A stretch of DNA of 64,000 nt, from positions 53,788 through 117,787 of the forward strand of contig JANNVQ010000041.1 in assembly GCA_031414535.1 (NCBI GenBank). The letters are read 5' to 3'. Of this stretch, positions 9,851-18,828 are shown piece by piece. Made by a program: the position numbers and the translations under genes. The stretch is from Gemmatimonas sp. (lineage in GTDB: Bacteria > Gemmatimonadota > Gemmatimonadetes > Gemmatimonadales > Gemmatimonadaceae). The notes below the pieces were generated by a model that worked only from the letters and a program-made list of their open reading frames with translations, did no database searches and was not told the DNA's origin. Each line of letters starts with the position of its first letter. The stretch's first letter is position 1.

Positions 9851-10032
9851 GTGCACTCCGAAGGGTGTGTGCGACGCAGAACTGCGGGTGGAAGCTGTGC
9901 TAGTGTACACCGTTGCGCCAGCCCGTACTTAAATAGGAAGGAAACGGCACTGCGTGGTCCTCCGCCCGCGAGCATCGCTGCGCCGCGAGGTGGGAGTAGG
10001 CCCGGCGCCACCGAGTGAGCCGACCCCACCGG

Positions 10033-10061
10033 TTGACCTAACCCCAATCCCCGTCTATCTT
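10033..10061 (+). promoter_or_regulatory. Sigma70-type promoter of the rplM-rpsI operon
   Basis: TTGACC-17 bp-TATCTT about 90 nt upstream of rplM. Confidence 0.65.
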
Positions 10062-10153
10062 TGGGGACTGTCCCAAAAACCCTTAACTGGGTGCCAAGAC
10101 CCGGGTTGCATTCCGCACCGGTGAGGCGTTCGACCTCTTCAGTTCGTATTCAC

Positions 10154-10606
10154 ATGCGTAGCACGTACACGGCCACCCCCGACGACATTGAATCCAAGTG
10201 GTTCATTGTTGACGCGGACGGAATGGTCCTCGGTCGCCTCGCGACCGAAATCGCCCGGATCATCCGCGGCAAGCACAAGGCGATGTTCACCCCCCATATG
10301 GACACGGGCGACAACGTCATCGTCATCAACGCCTCCAAGGTTCGCGTCACGGGCCGCAAGGCGGAACAGAAGAATTACTTCCGTCACACCGGCTACATGG
10401 GCCACGAGCTCTACACGCCGTTCGCCACGATGCTCGCAAAGCATCCGGAGCGCGTGATTGAGAAGGCTGTGTTCGGCATGCTGCCGAAGACCGCCCTCGG
10501 CCGTCAGAAGCTCCGCCTCAAGCTCCGCGTCTACGCGGATGCCCGTCACCCGCACGCTGCCCAGCAGCCCGAGACGCTCACGTTCCCGCAGGCTGAGGCC
10601 AAGTAA
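10154..10606 (+). CDS. rplM: 50S ribosomal protein L13
   Basis: [41 protein letters not shown] 10154 preferred over the upstream TTG. Confidence 0.97.
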   Translation: MRSTYTATPDDIESKWFIVDADGMVLGRLATEIARIIRGKHKAMFTPHMDTGDNVIVINASKVRVTGRKAEQKNYFRHTGYMGHELYTPFATMLAKHPERVIEKAVFGMLPKTALGRQKLRLKLRVYADARHPHAAQQPETLTFPQAEAK

Positions 10607-10608
10607 CC

Positions 10609-11004
10609 ATGGCGACGACCAATACGACGCACACCATCGGCCGCCGCAAGGAAGCCGTCTGCCGCGTGTACCTGACCCCAGGCACCGGTAAGTGGGATTT
10701 GAACGGCCGCACGCTCGGGGATTACTTCCCGCGCCCGGCGCTCGTGAGCGCCATTCAGCAGCCGTTCACCGTGACCGACACGCTCGGCTCGTTCGACGTG
10801 CAGGCGAACCTCACCGGTGGTGGCCAGACGGGCCAGGCCGGCGCTTTGCGCCTCGCAATCTCGCGTGCCCTCGTGAAGATCAACGAAGATCATCGCCCCA
10901 AGCTCCGTGGCCTCGGACTCCTCACGCGCGACGCTCGCGCGGTTGAGCGTAAGAAGCCGGGGCAGCCAAAGGCCAGAAAGAAGTTCCAGTTCTCGAAGCG
11001 TTAA
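10609..11004 (+). CDS. rpsI: 30S ribosomal protein S9
   Basis: [30 protein letters not shown]-terminal QFSKR. Confidence 0.98.
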   Translation: MATTNTTHTIGRRKEAVCRVYLTPGTGKWDLNGRTLGDYFPRPALVSAIQQPFTVTDTLGSFDVQANLTGGGQTGQAGALRLAISRALVKINEDHRPKLRGLGLLTRDARAVERKKPGQPKARKKFQFSKR

Positions 11005-11005
11005 C

Positions 11006-11065
11006 GGACGGAAGACGGATGACGGATGCTGGATGCCTTGTGCATCCGTCATCCGTCATCCGTCC
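11006..11065. repeat. Heptamer inverted-repeat hairpin (GACGGAW)3 ... (ATCCGTC)3
   Basis: Two complementary heptamer arms directly after the rpsI stop. Confidence 0.88.
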
Positions 11066-11089
11066 AGAACACGAAGGTCATCCATCAGC

Positions 11090-11170
11090 GAAGCTGAGAC
11101 AATCCAAGGTGCCAAGCCATTCGGGCGAGGTCTGGAGATGTCAACGAAGCGACGCGAAGCCCAAACCACG
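11090..11170 (+). promoter_or_regulatory. Probable rpsB (S2) leader RNA, t44-like
   Basis: TCCA-aGGTGCC...GGTC-TGGA stem plus GAAGCCCAAACC just upstream of rpsB, resembling the conserved S2 leader core. Confidence 0.5.
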
Positions 11171-11178
11171 AGCACTAC

Positions 11179-12111
11179 ATGTCCAGTCCGAGCATCACCG
11201 ATCTCCTCCAGGCCGGCGTTCACTTCGGCCACCAGACCCGCCGTTGGAATCCCAAGATGCGCCGCTTCATTTTTGCGGAGCGCAACGGAATCCACATCAT
11301 TGACCTGCAGAAGACGGTCACCCAGCTCGAGAAGGCCAAGGAGCTGGCGCGCGAAGTCGTCATGCGCGGTGAGCAGGTCCTCTTCGTCTGCACCAAGCAG
11401 CAGCTCTCGGCCATTGTCTCAGCGCAGGCCGAGCAGTCGGGCTCGATGCACGTCACCGAGCGCTGGCTCGGTGGCCTGCTGACCAACTTCTCCACTGTCA
11501 AGAAGCAGCTGCGCAAGCTCAAGGATCTCGAGGCCGGCTCCGTTGAGGGCGGCGCCTTCGAGAACTACACTAAGAAGGAACAGCTGATGATGGCCCGCGA
11601 GCGCGACAAGCTGGCCAAGAATCTTTCGGGCATCAAGACGCTGGGCCGTCTGCCTGGCTTGCTCTTCATCGTGGACGCCAAGAAGGAGCGCATCGCGGTG
11701 GACGAGGCCAACAAGCTTGGCCTCCCGATCATCGCCATCTGCGACACCAACTCCGATCCTGACCTCATCACTGTTCCAATCGCCGGCAACGACGACGCCA
11801 TCCGCTCGGTTGAGCTCTTGGTGGGCGCCGTCTGCGAAGCGATCTCGGCAGCCCGTCGCGAGGCTCCGGCCCGCGCTGAGGCCGAGGAGTCCGGCGAAGC
11901 GACCACGTGGTCGTCTGAGCGTGGCACCGAGAAGGAAGGCCGTGACCGCGGCGATCGCGGTGGCCGTGGTGGTCAGGGCGGTTCAGGTGGTGGCGAGAAG
12001 GGCGGGCGTCCGCGCCGTCGTCGCGCCAAGCCGGAAGCCATCGCCGCGCGCCTGAAGGGCGGTGCAGAAGGTGGCGAGGCCGTCGAGGCTGGGGACGACG
12101 CAGCAGAGTAA
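11179..12111 (+). CDS. rpsB: 30S ribosomal protein S2 with long RG-rich C-terminal tail
   Basis: LLQAGVHFGHQTRRWNPKM, RWLGGLLTNF, DTNSDP, GNDDAIRS. Confidence 0.98.
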   Translation: MSSPSITDLLQAGVHFGHQTRRWNPKMRRFIFAERNGIHIIDLQKTVTQLEKAKELAREVVMRGEQVLFVCTKQQLSAIVSAQAEQSGSMHVTERWLGGLLTNFSTVKKQLRKLKDLEAGSVEGGAFENYTKKEQLMMARERDKLAKNLSGIKTLGRLPGLLFIVDAKKERIAVDEANKLGLPIIAICDTNSDPDLITVPIAGNDDAIRSVELLVGAVCEAISAARREAPARAEAEESGEATTWSSERGTEKEGRDRGDRGGRGGQGGSGGGEKGGRPRRRRAKPEAIAARLKGGAEGGEAVEAGDDAAE

Positions 12112-12165
12112 GTCTGCTTGATGCGCGGATTGGTTGGTCACGAACCGCGTTCCGCTGTACCTTTC

Positions 12166-12207
12166 AGTCGCCGCCGGTCGAGTAGCAGCTCGCTCCCGGC
12201 GGCGACT
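12166..12207 (+). promoter_or_regulatory. Stable hairpin between rpsB and tsf (attenuator or processing site candidate)
   Basis: AGTCGCCGCCGG ... CCGGCGGCGACT inverted repeat. Confidence 0.5.
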
Positions 12208-12242
12208 TCACAACTGCTGATTTTTCAACCGAGATTATACAG

Positions 12243-13142
12243 ATGTCTGCCACGCAGATCAGTGCCAAGGATGTAGCTGAGCTCCGCGCCCGCACGGGCG
12301 CCGGAATGATGGATTGCAAGAAGGCCCTCGAGGAAGCGGGCGGCGACATGAGCGCTGCCGTGGACGTCCTCCGCAAGAAGGGCATTGCCAAGGCCGACAA
12401 GCGCGCTGATCGCGCCGCGTCGGAAGGCCAGATTATGATTTGGACCAATGCCGACGCCACCGTCACCGCGATGATTGAAGTCAACTGCGAGACGGATTTC
12501 GTAGGTCGCAACGACGAGTTCGTGGCGCTCGCGAAGAAGCTCGCCGAGCACCTTGGGCAGGACGCTGCGGTGGACGGCCTGGTGGCCGTCGGCGCCGACG
12601 CTGCCTACTTGAACACGCCCTGGGCTTTTGATAAGTCCCAGACCGTGGGCGATATCGTCAAGGCCGCTTCGGCCAAGACCGGTGAGAAGATTGAGCTCCG
12701 CCGTATTGCGCGCTTCCAGAGTGCCGGCACGGTGGGTTCCTACTTGCACTTCAACGGCAAGGCTGGCGTGGTCGTGGAAGTCGCCGGTGGCAAGGGAGAG
12801 CAGGCGGTTGAACTCGGCCGGCATGTCGCCGAGCATGTTGCCGCTGGCGTGCCAGTGGTTGCCATCGCCGTGGACAAGGACGGAGTGAGCCAAGAGTTCC
12901 TCGCCAAGGAGCGCGAGATTTTCGTCGCGCAGGCCGTGGAGTCCGGCAAGCCCGAGGCGATTGCGCAGAAGATGGTGGAAGGCCGCATCCAAAAGGTGCT
13001 CGCCGAGGTCACGCTGGTCGGTCAGCCCTGGGTTCGCGACGACAAGCAGACGGTCGGTGACCTCGTTGCCGCCACGGGCAAGGCCGCCGGCCAGCCGCTC
13101 GCGGTGAAGCGCTTTGTGCGCTTCAAGATGGGCGAGTCCTGA
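12243..13142 (+). CDS. tsf: Translation elongation factor Ts
   Basis: [41 protein letters not shown]. Confidence 0.97.
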   Translation: MSATQISAKDVAELRARTGAGMMDCKKALEEAGGDMSAAVDVLRKKGIAKADKRADRAASEGQIMIWTNADATVTAMIEVNCETDFVGRNDEFVALAKKLAEHLGQDAAVDGLVAVGADAAYLNTPWAFDKSQTVGDIVKAASAKTGEKIELRRIARFQSAGTVGSYLHFNGKAGVVVEVAGGKGEQAVELGRHVAEHVAAGVPVVAIAVDKDGVSQEFLAKEREIFVAQAVESGKPEAIAQKMVEGRIQKVLAEVTLVGQPWVRDDKQTVGDLVAATGKAAGQPLAVKRFVRFKMGES

Positions 13143-13156
13143 GCTCGGCAAGCGGA

Positions 13157-13867
13157 ATGGCGCTCAAGTATCCCAGAGTACTCCTCAAGCTCTCCGGCGA
13201 GGCTCTCGCCGGAGACAAGGGCTTTGGTTTTGACTTCGATACCATCCGTGAATTTGCGCGGCAAGTAAAGTCCATCGCGGCCGAAGGCGCGCAGGTGGGC
13301 ATGGTGATTGGCGGCGGCAATATCGTGCGCGGGTCACAAATTTCGAAGATGGGAATGGACCGCGTCTCCGCCGACTACATGGGGATGCTTGGTACCGTGA
13401 TCAATGCCCTCGCGTTTCAAGATGTGCTGGAACGCGAAGGGCTCGACACGCGTGTGATGACGGCAATCCGGATGGAAGAGATCGCCGAACCGTTCATTCG
13501 TCGGCGCGCGATGCGCCACTTGGAGAAGGGCCGCGCGGTGATCTTCGCGGCGGGCACCGGCAATCCCTACTTCTCCACCGACACCGCTGCGGTACTCCGC
13601 GCCATCCAGATGAAGGCCGATGTCATCATCAAGGCCACGAGCGTAGATGGCGTGTACAACGCGGATCCCAAGAAGGATTCTGAAGCAAAGATGTACGATG
13701 CGATTTCCTACATGGACGTCGTGAGCAAGGAGCTGGGCGTAATGGACCATACGGCCATCACGCTCTGCAAGGAGAACAGCCTCCCGCTCATCGTCCTCAA
13801 CATCCACACCAAGGGTATCGTCTCGGCGGCATTGCGCGGCGAACCTGTGGGGACACTGGTCTCATGA
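13157..13867 (+). CDS. pyrH: UMP kinase
   Basis: [34 protein letters not shown]. Confidence 0.97.
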   Translation: MALKYPRVLLKLSGEALAGDKGFGFDFDTIREFARQVKSIAAEGAQVGMVIGGGNIVRGSQISKMGMDRVSADYMGMLGTVINALAFQDVLEREGLDTRVMTAIRMEEIAEPFIRRRAMRHLEKGRAVIFAAGTGNPYFSTDTAAVLRAIQMKADVIIKATSVDGVYNADPKKDSEAKMYDAISYMDVVSKELGVMDHTAITLCKENSLPLIVLNIHTKGIVSAALRGEPVGTLVS

Positions 13868-14412
13868 TTGCCAACATCTTGAAGGACTGCCGGACCGCGA
13901 TGGACAAGGGCGTGGAAGCCACGCGTCGTGAGTTTGCCTCGGTGCGCTCGGGCAAGGCCTCGCCCGCGATGCTGGATCCCGTACGCGTCGAGATGTACGG
14001 CCAGATGATGGCGATGAACCAGGTGGCCAACGTCTCCGCTCCCGAGGCGCGCGTGCTGCTGGTCACGCCGTTCGACAAGGGTCAGGTGAAGGCCGTTGAG
14101 AAGGCCATCCGCGAGTCCAACCTCGGGCTCGACCCGGCGGTGCAGGGCCACATCATCCGCGTGCCGCTGCCGGCAATGAACGAGCAGCGCCGGAAGGAAC
14201 TGGCCAAGCAGCTCCATAAGTACGCAGAGGACGGACGCATTGCCGTGCGCCATGCGCGCACCGGCGCTCGCGATGCGCTCAAGAAGCTGAGCGGTGTGTC
14301 GGAGGACGACGTGAAGCATGCGGAGAAGGATCTGCAGAAGCTGCACGACGACGAGATTGCCAAGATTGACTCGGCGCTGAAGGCAAAAGAAGCCGAGATT
14401 ATGGAGGTCTGA
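13864..14412 (+). CDS. frr: Ribosome recycling factor
   Basis: [25 protein letters not shown]; conserved position after pyrH. Confidence 0.96.
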   Translation: MIANILKDCRTAMDKGVEATRREFASVRSGKASPAMLDPVRVEMYGQMMAMNQVANVSAPEARVLLVTPFDKGQVKAVEKAIRESNLGLDPAVQGHIIRVPLPAMNEQRRKELAKQLHKYAEDGRIAVRHARTGARDALKKLSGVSEDDVKHAEKDLQKLHDDEIAKIDSALKAKEAEIMEV

Positions 14413-14435
14413 GCGAAAGCTCAGACTCCGGCACG

Positions 14436-15182
14436 ATGAGCTCCGCGCCAGAATTTCTCACGAAGATTCGCCTTCACGGCGTCGTCCCGCGGCACGTGGC
14501 CATCATCATGGATGGCAACGGCCGCTGGGCTCGGGAGCGCTTGCTTCCGCGCCCGATTGGGCATCGCAATGGCATGAAGGCCGTACGCGAAGTCGTGGAG
14601 GGCGCACTCGAAGTTGGACTCGAGGCGCTCTCGCTTTTTGCCTTCTCGCAGGAGAACTGGCAGCGTCCGCCGATGGAGATCACGGCCTTGATGTCGTTGC
14701 TCGAGGAATACATCCAGTCCGAGACGGATGAGTTGAGCAAGCAGGGCGTGCGAGTGTGCGTGCTCGGTGACCTCGAGCGTTTGAACAAGCCAGCGCGTGC
14801 GGCGGTGGATCGCGTGATGTCGCAGACGGCAGCAAACAGCAAACTCAGGCTCAATCTGTTCATCTCGTACGGTTCGCGCGCGGAGATGGCTCGTGCGGCG
14901 AGGCTGATTGCCGTGGATGTGGCCGCCGGGCGCTTGAAGGCGGAGGATGTGGATGAAGCCGCATTCGCGTCGCGTTTGTATACCGATGGCTGCCCCGATC
15001 CTGATTTGTTGATTCGTACCTCTGGGGAACAGCGCATCAGCAACTTCCTGCTCTGGCAGGTAGCCTACGCGGAGATGTTCATCTCACCCGTGCTCTGGCC
15101 CGACTGGTCGCGCGCGAATCTCTACGAGGCCATTCTCGACTTCCAACATCGCGACCGCCGCTTCGGAAAGGTCGCAGTCTGA
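14436..15182 (+). CDS. uppS: Undecaprenyl diphosphate synthase
   Basis: HVAIIMDGNGRWA, FSQENWQRP, PDLLIRTSGEQRISNFLLWQ. Confidence 0.97.
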   Translation: MSSAPEFLTKIRLHGVVPRHVAIIMDGNGRWARERLLPRPIGHRNGMKAVREVVEGALEVGLEALSLFAFSQENWQRPPMEITALMSLLEEYIQSETDELSKQGVRVCVLGDLERLNKPARAAVDRVMSQTAANSKLRLNLFISYGSRAEMARAARLIAVDVAAGRLKAEDVDEAAFASRLYTDGCPDPDLLIRTSGEQRISNFLLWQVAYAEMFISPVLWPDWSRANLYEAILDFQHRDRRFGKVAV

Positions 15183-15189
15183 GGCCCGC

Positions 15190-16044
15190 GTGAGCGAGCT
15201 CGCCAAGCGTCTTGCCTTTGCCGTGGCGGCCATTCCGGTCGTGGCGGCTTGCGTCTATTTCGGAGACGCGCCACTCGCCATCCTGCTATCAATCGCCGCG
15301 GCGTTGGCGGCATGGGAGTATGCGCGACTCGCCGAAGCCGCGGGTGCGCGCCCGATGGGGAAGTGGACCATCGTCTTGGCTGCGATGGTGCCGCTTGCCG
15401 TGCACGCGCTGCGCTTGGGGTACGCCGTACCTGGCCCCGCGCTGCTAGCCATGCTCGTGCCGCTGTTGCTGTCGGTCGCGCTGTGGACACGCGGCAGTCA
15501 GGGCCGGCCGATTGAATCGGTGGCCACGACGCTCTTTGGTGTGTTCTACACAGGCGGCATGCTCGCCTTCGTGTACTCGCTGCGCTACCATCGCTTTGCC
15601 ATTGAGCCAGTGGCCGGCTCGCTGCTCGTGGCCTTACCGGTGGTGCTCACGTGGCTCAACGATTCGGGCGCGTTCTTCTTCGGCAAAAAGTTCGGCAAGA
15701 AGAAACTGATGCCGACGGTGAGTCCGGGAAAAACCTGGGCGGGTGCCTGGGGCGCGCTCGGCACGACAATTGTATTTACCTACCTCATCTCCGCGTTCGT
15801 GCTGAAGCCATTCGCAGGCCTCAGCCTGACGATGGTGGGCGTGGTGATTTTTGGTGCGGTGATGAGCGTGGCTGCCCAAGTGGGCGATCTCGTGGAATCC
15901 ATGCTGAAGCGTGAGGCGGGCATGAAGGACAGTTCGACTCTCATTCCCGGTCACGGTGGCGTGCTTGATCGCACCGACTCGCTCTTGTTCACGGTGCCGA
16001 TTGCCTATGTCTTGCTCGAGCAGTTGCTGGTGATTGCCGCGTGA
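15190..16044 (+). CDS. cdsA: Phosphatidate cytidylyltransferase
   Basis: SPGKTW, GDLVESMLKR, KDSSTLIPGHGGVLDRTDS. Confidence 0.95.
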   Translation: MSELAKRLAFAVAAIPVVAACVYFGDAPLAILLSIAAALAAWEYARLAEAAGARPMGKWTIVLAAMVPLAVHALRLGYAVPGPALLAMLVPLLLSVALWTRGSQGRPIESVATTLFGVFYTGGMLAFVYSLRYHRFAIEPVAGSLLVALPVVLTWLNDSGAFFFGKKFGKKKLMPTVSPGKTWAGAWGALGTTIVFTYLISAFVLKPFAGLSLTMVGVVIFGAVMSVAAQVGDLVESMLKREAGMKDSSTLIPGHGGVLDRTDSLLFTVPIAYVLLEQLLVIAA

Positions 16045-17204
16045 GTGAAGTTCCAGTGGGCATCGCGCTACTGGGTGCCACCGGTAGCATCGGCGAAACG
16101 GCGCAACGCGTGGTCGCGCGGCACCCTGAGCGCTTTCGCTTCGCGGCGATGACGGCCAATGGGAACGCGGCAGGCCTCGCCGAGGCCGTGACGCGTTGGA
16201 CGCCCCAGTACGTGGGCCTCGTGGACACGGGTACAAGCGAGGTGCCGAGCAACTGGGGACGCGGGCCGGCCTGTTTGGTTGAGGCGGCGCAGCATCCGGA
16301 TGCGCAGGTGGTGCTGAATGCGGTGGTCGGCGCGGCGGGCCTCGATGCGACACTCGCGGCGCTTGAAGCCGGTAAGCGCGTGGCGCTCGCAAATAAGGAG
16401 ACGCTCGTGATTGGCGGTGCGCTCGTCCAGCGCGCGGCCAAGGCGCACGGTGGCTCGGTAATCCCCGTGGACTCCGAGCACTCGGCGCTCTTGCAGTGCT
16501 TGGCAGGCCGCATTGAGCAGAGCGGGGAAGGCCTGCTGCCCGTGCGTGGCGTCAAGCGGTTCATTATCACCGCGAGCGGCGGTCCATTCCGTACGTGGGA
16601 GACCGAGCGCATTCGCGCGGCACAGCTGAGCGACGCGCTCAACCATCCCACCTGGGCGATGGGTAAGAAGATCACGATTGATAGCGCTTCGTTGGCCAAC
16701 AAGGCCCTAGAAGTGATTGAGGCGCACGTGCTGTTCGGCGTGCCCTACGAGAAGATTGAAGTGGTGGTGCATCCGCAGAGTATCATCCACTCGATGGTGG
16801 AGTTTGAGGATGGGAGCATTTTGGCGCAGATGGGCGTTCCTTCAATGGAACTCCCTGTGTTGTACGCGCTGACTTACCCTGAACGGCAACACGATGATGG
16901 GGTACCACGGTTCGATCCGATCAAACATGCGTCCCTGACCTTTGAAGCGGTGCGGCACGATGCGTTTCCGACGCTTGGGCTTGGCATCGCCGCCGGGAAG
17001 TCGGGTGGTGCTGCACCGGCCGTGTTCAACGCGGCCAATGAAGCAGCGGTCGCGCGCGTATTAGAGGGGACGCTCGATTTTGTGCGAATTCCGACAGCCA
17101 TCGAGCACGCGCTCGCTGCGCTGTCGAGTGCTAAAGGTGATGACCGAACTTCGTTGCTCGCCGCTGACGCCGCGGCGCGCCGTCTTGTGCAGGAGATGCA
17201 GTGA
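16041..17204 (+). CDS. dxr: 1-deoxy-D-xylulose 5-phosphate reductoisomerase
   Basis: LGATGSIG, LANKE, PVDSEH, TASGGPF, HPTWAMGKKITIDSA. Confidence 0.96.
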   Translation: MSEVPVGIALLGATGSIGETAQRVVARHPERFRFAAMTANGNAAGLAEAVTRWTPQYVGLVDTGTSEVPSNWGRGPACLVEAAQHPDAQVVLNAVVGAAGLDATLAALEAGKRVALANKETLVIGGALVQRAAKAHGGSVIPVDSEHSALLQCLAGRIEQSGEGLLPVRGVKRFIITASGGPFRTWETERIRAAQLSDALNHPTWAMGKKITIDSASLANKALEVIEAHVLFGVPYEKIEVVVHPQSIIHSMVEFEDGSILAQMGVPSMELPVLYALTYPERQHDDGVPRFDPIKHASLTFEAVRHDAFPTLGLGIAAGKSGGAAPAVFNAANEAAVARVLEGTLDFVRIPTAIEHALAALSSAKGDDRTSLLAADAAARRLVQEMQ

Positions 17205-18379
17205 TGCTGAGTTGGCTTGCTCCGGTGTTGGTTCTTGGGCTCGTAATTTTCGTCCACGAGCTCGGGCATTTTCTGGCCGCCAAGTGGGCCGGCGTGTATG
17301 CACCGCGCTTCTCGCTCGGTTGGGGGAGCCCCATCCTCAGCTTCCGTCGCGGTGAGACGGAGTATGCCATCTCGGCGCTGCCGATTGGCGGCTACGTGCG
17401 AATGGCGTCCAAGGAGGATGAGGCGGCTTCGTCGCTCGAGGGTGGTCCAGAGCTCAAGGCTGACGGCTCGGAAGTCGAGCGCAGCAAGCATTGGGACGAG
17501 CACTCGATGATTCCCCACGGCCCGCTGCCGATTCCCCCGGACCGTTGGTTTGAGTCGAAGCCGCTTTACAAGCGTCTCATCATCATGCTCGCTGGTGTGG
17601 TGATGAACGCCATTCTCGCCGTGGTGGTCTCTACGGGCGTGTTCGCCTACTATGGCGAGGGCTATCTGCCGGCTGTCGTGGACACCGTGATGGCTGATCG
17701 TCCGGCAGCCCTCGCGGGCATGCAGAAGGGCGACAGCGTGCTGTCCATTGACGGCGTTGCTATCAGCAAGTGGGATGCTGTCCTCGAGCGCGTGAGCGCA
17801 TCGCCTGAGCGGGCGTTGACATTCGTGGTGCAGCGCGGCGCGGATCAGGTGTCCCTGACCATCACGCCCGAGGCGCAGGACGCGCCCACGCCGCCTGACG
17901 GTGCAATCAGAAGCGTCGGGCGCATCGGGGTTGGACCACGGGGTACAGCGGCCTTCGAGAAGTTGAGCCTCGGCGAGTCCTTGCGCTTTGGCCTCGGCGC
18001 CACGCGACAAATGGCCGGCAACGTACTCTCTGTGCTCGGCGGACTTTTTCGCGGACAGGTGTCCGTCAGTCAACTCGGCGGGCCGGTGGAGATTGCCCGC
18101 GCGAGTGTGACGGCGGCTCAGAACGGGGCGGCCAACCTATGGGGATTGGTGGCATTTTTGAGCGTCAATCTGGCAATTCTGAACCTGCTCCCGATTCCGT
18201 TGTTGGACGGCGGGCAGATCGTGTTGAACGTCGTGGAAAGCGCCATTCGGAAGCCGCTGCCGGCGATGGTCAAGGAGTGGTATGCCCGCATCGGACTGGC
18301 GCTGATTCTGCTGCTATTCGTGACGGTCACTTTTAACGACCTCAAACGGCTGGTCACGGGCTGGTTTGGGGCGGACTAA
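17201..18379 (+). CDS. rseP: RIP metalloprotease RseP (M50, PDZ)
   Basis: [16 protein letters not shown] domain, [11 protein letters not shown]; start may be ATG 17204. Confidence 0.94.
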   Translation: MMLSWLAPVLVLGLVIFVHELGHFLAAKWAGVYAPRFSLGWGSPILSFRRGETEYAISALPIGGYVRMASKEDEAASSLEGGPELKADGSEVERSKHWDEHSMIPHGPLPIPPDRWFESKPLYKRLIIMLAGVVMNAILAVVVSTGVFAYYGEGYLPAVVDTVMADRPAALAGMQKGDSVLSIDGVAISKWDAVLERVSASPERALTFVVQRGADQVSLTITPEAQDAPTPPDGAIRSVGRIGVGPRGTAAFEKLSLGESLRFGLGATRQMAGNVLSVLGGLFRGQVSVSQLGGPVEIARASVTAAQNGAANLWGLVAFLSVNLAILNLLPIPLLDGGQIVLNVVESAIRKPLPAMVKEWYARIGLALILLLFVTVTFNDLKRLVTGWFGAD

Positions 18380-18387
18380 GCGCCCCC

Positions 18388-18416
18388 TTTACAGAGGTCC
18401 TGAACGGGCCTAAGTT
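18388..18416 (+). promoter_or_regulatory. Sigma70-type promoter of rpsO-pnp
   Basis: TTTACA-17 bp-TAAGTT about 60 nt upstream of rpsO. Confidence 0.6.
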
Positions 18417-18474
18417 TCTGTGCTACCACGGATTAGGCACTCACAGCACTGCACAACGCAGGCAAGGATTTCTG

Positions 18475-18735
18475 ATGGCGTTCGTCAAGACCCCGGTGAT
18501 CGAGAAGCATCGCCAGCACGAGACCGACACGGGCTCAACACAGGTGCAGGTCGCGGTACTCACTGAGCGTATCAACTACCTCACGGAGCACTTCCGCGCG
18601 CACCACAAGGACCACCACGGTCGCCGTGGTCTCCTCAAGATGGTCGGTCAGCGTAAGCGGCTGCTGAAGTACCTGCAGCGGTCGAACATCGACGCTTACC
18701 GCAAGATGATCGCCGACCTCGGCCTGCGCTACTAA
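18475..18735 (+). CDS. rpsO: 30S ribosomal protein S15
   Basis: [31 protein letters not shown]. Confidence 0.97.
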   Translation: MAFVKTPVIEKHRQHETDTGSTQVQVAVLTERINYLTEHFRAHHKDHHGRRGLLKMVGQRKRLLKYLQRSNIDAYRKMIADLGLRY

Positions 18736-18752
18736 GCGCATCACACCTCACG

Positions 18753-18785
18753 AGCGCGCGACCGCACTGATGCGGATCGCGCGCT
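18753..18785 (+). promoter_or_regulatory. Hairpin between rpsO and pnp
   Basis: AGCGCGCGACCGCA-CTGA-TGCGGATCGCGCGCT; position where pnp-leader processing or attenuation stems commonly occur. Confidence 0.45.
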
Positions 18786-18828
18786 TCGTGTGTCATCGCC
18801 CATTCCGGGCACGCAGAGAACACACAAA

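Noticed and set aside
9962..10000. CCGCCCGCGA...GTGGGAGTAGG resembling the guaA 3' end (37605-37632), a possible att remnant
   Set aside because: Two short GC-rich matches with different spacing (18 vs 7 nt), flanking only core genes; probably chance
14403..14429. GAAA-tetraloop hairpin overlapping the frr stop
   Set aside because: Short, with no U-tract; insufficient evidence for a terminator or ncRNA
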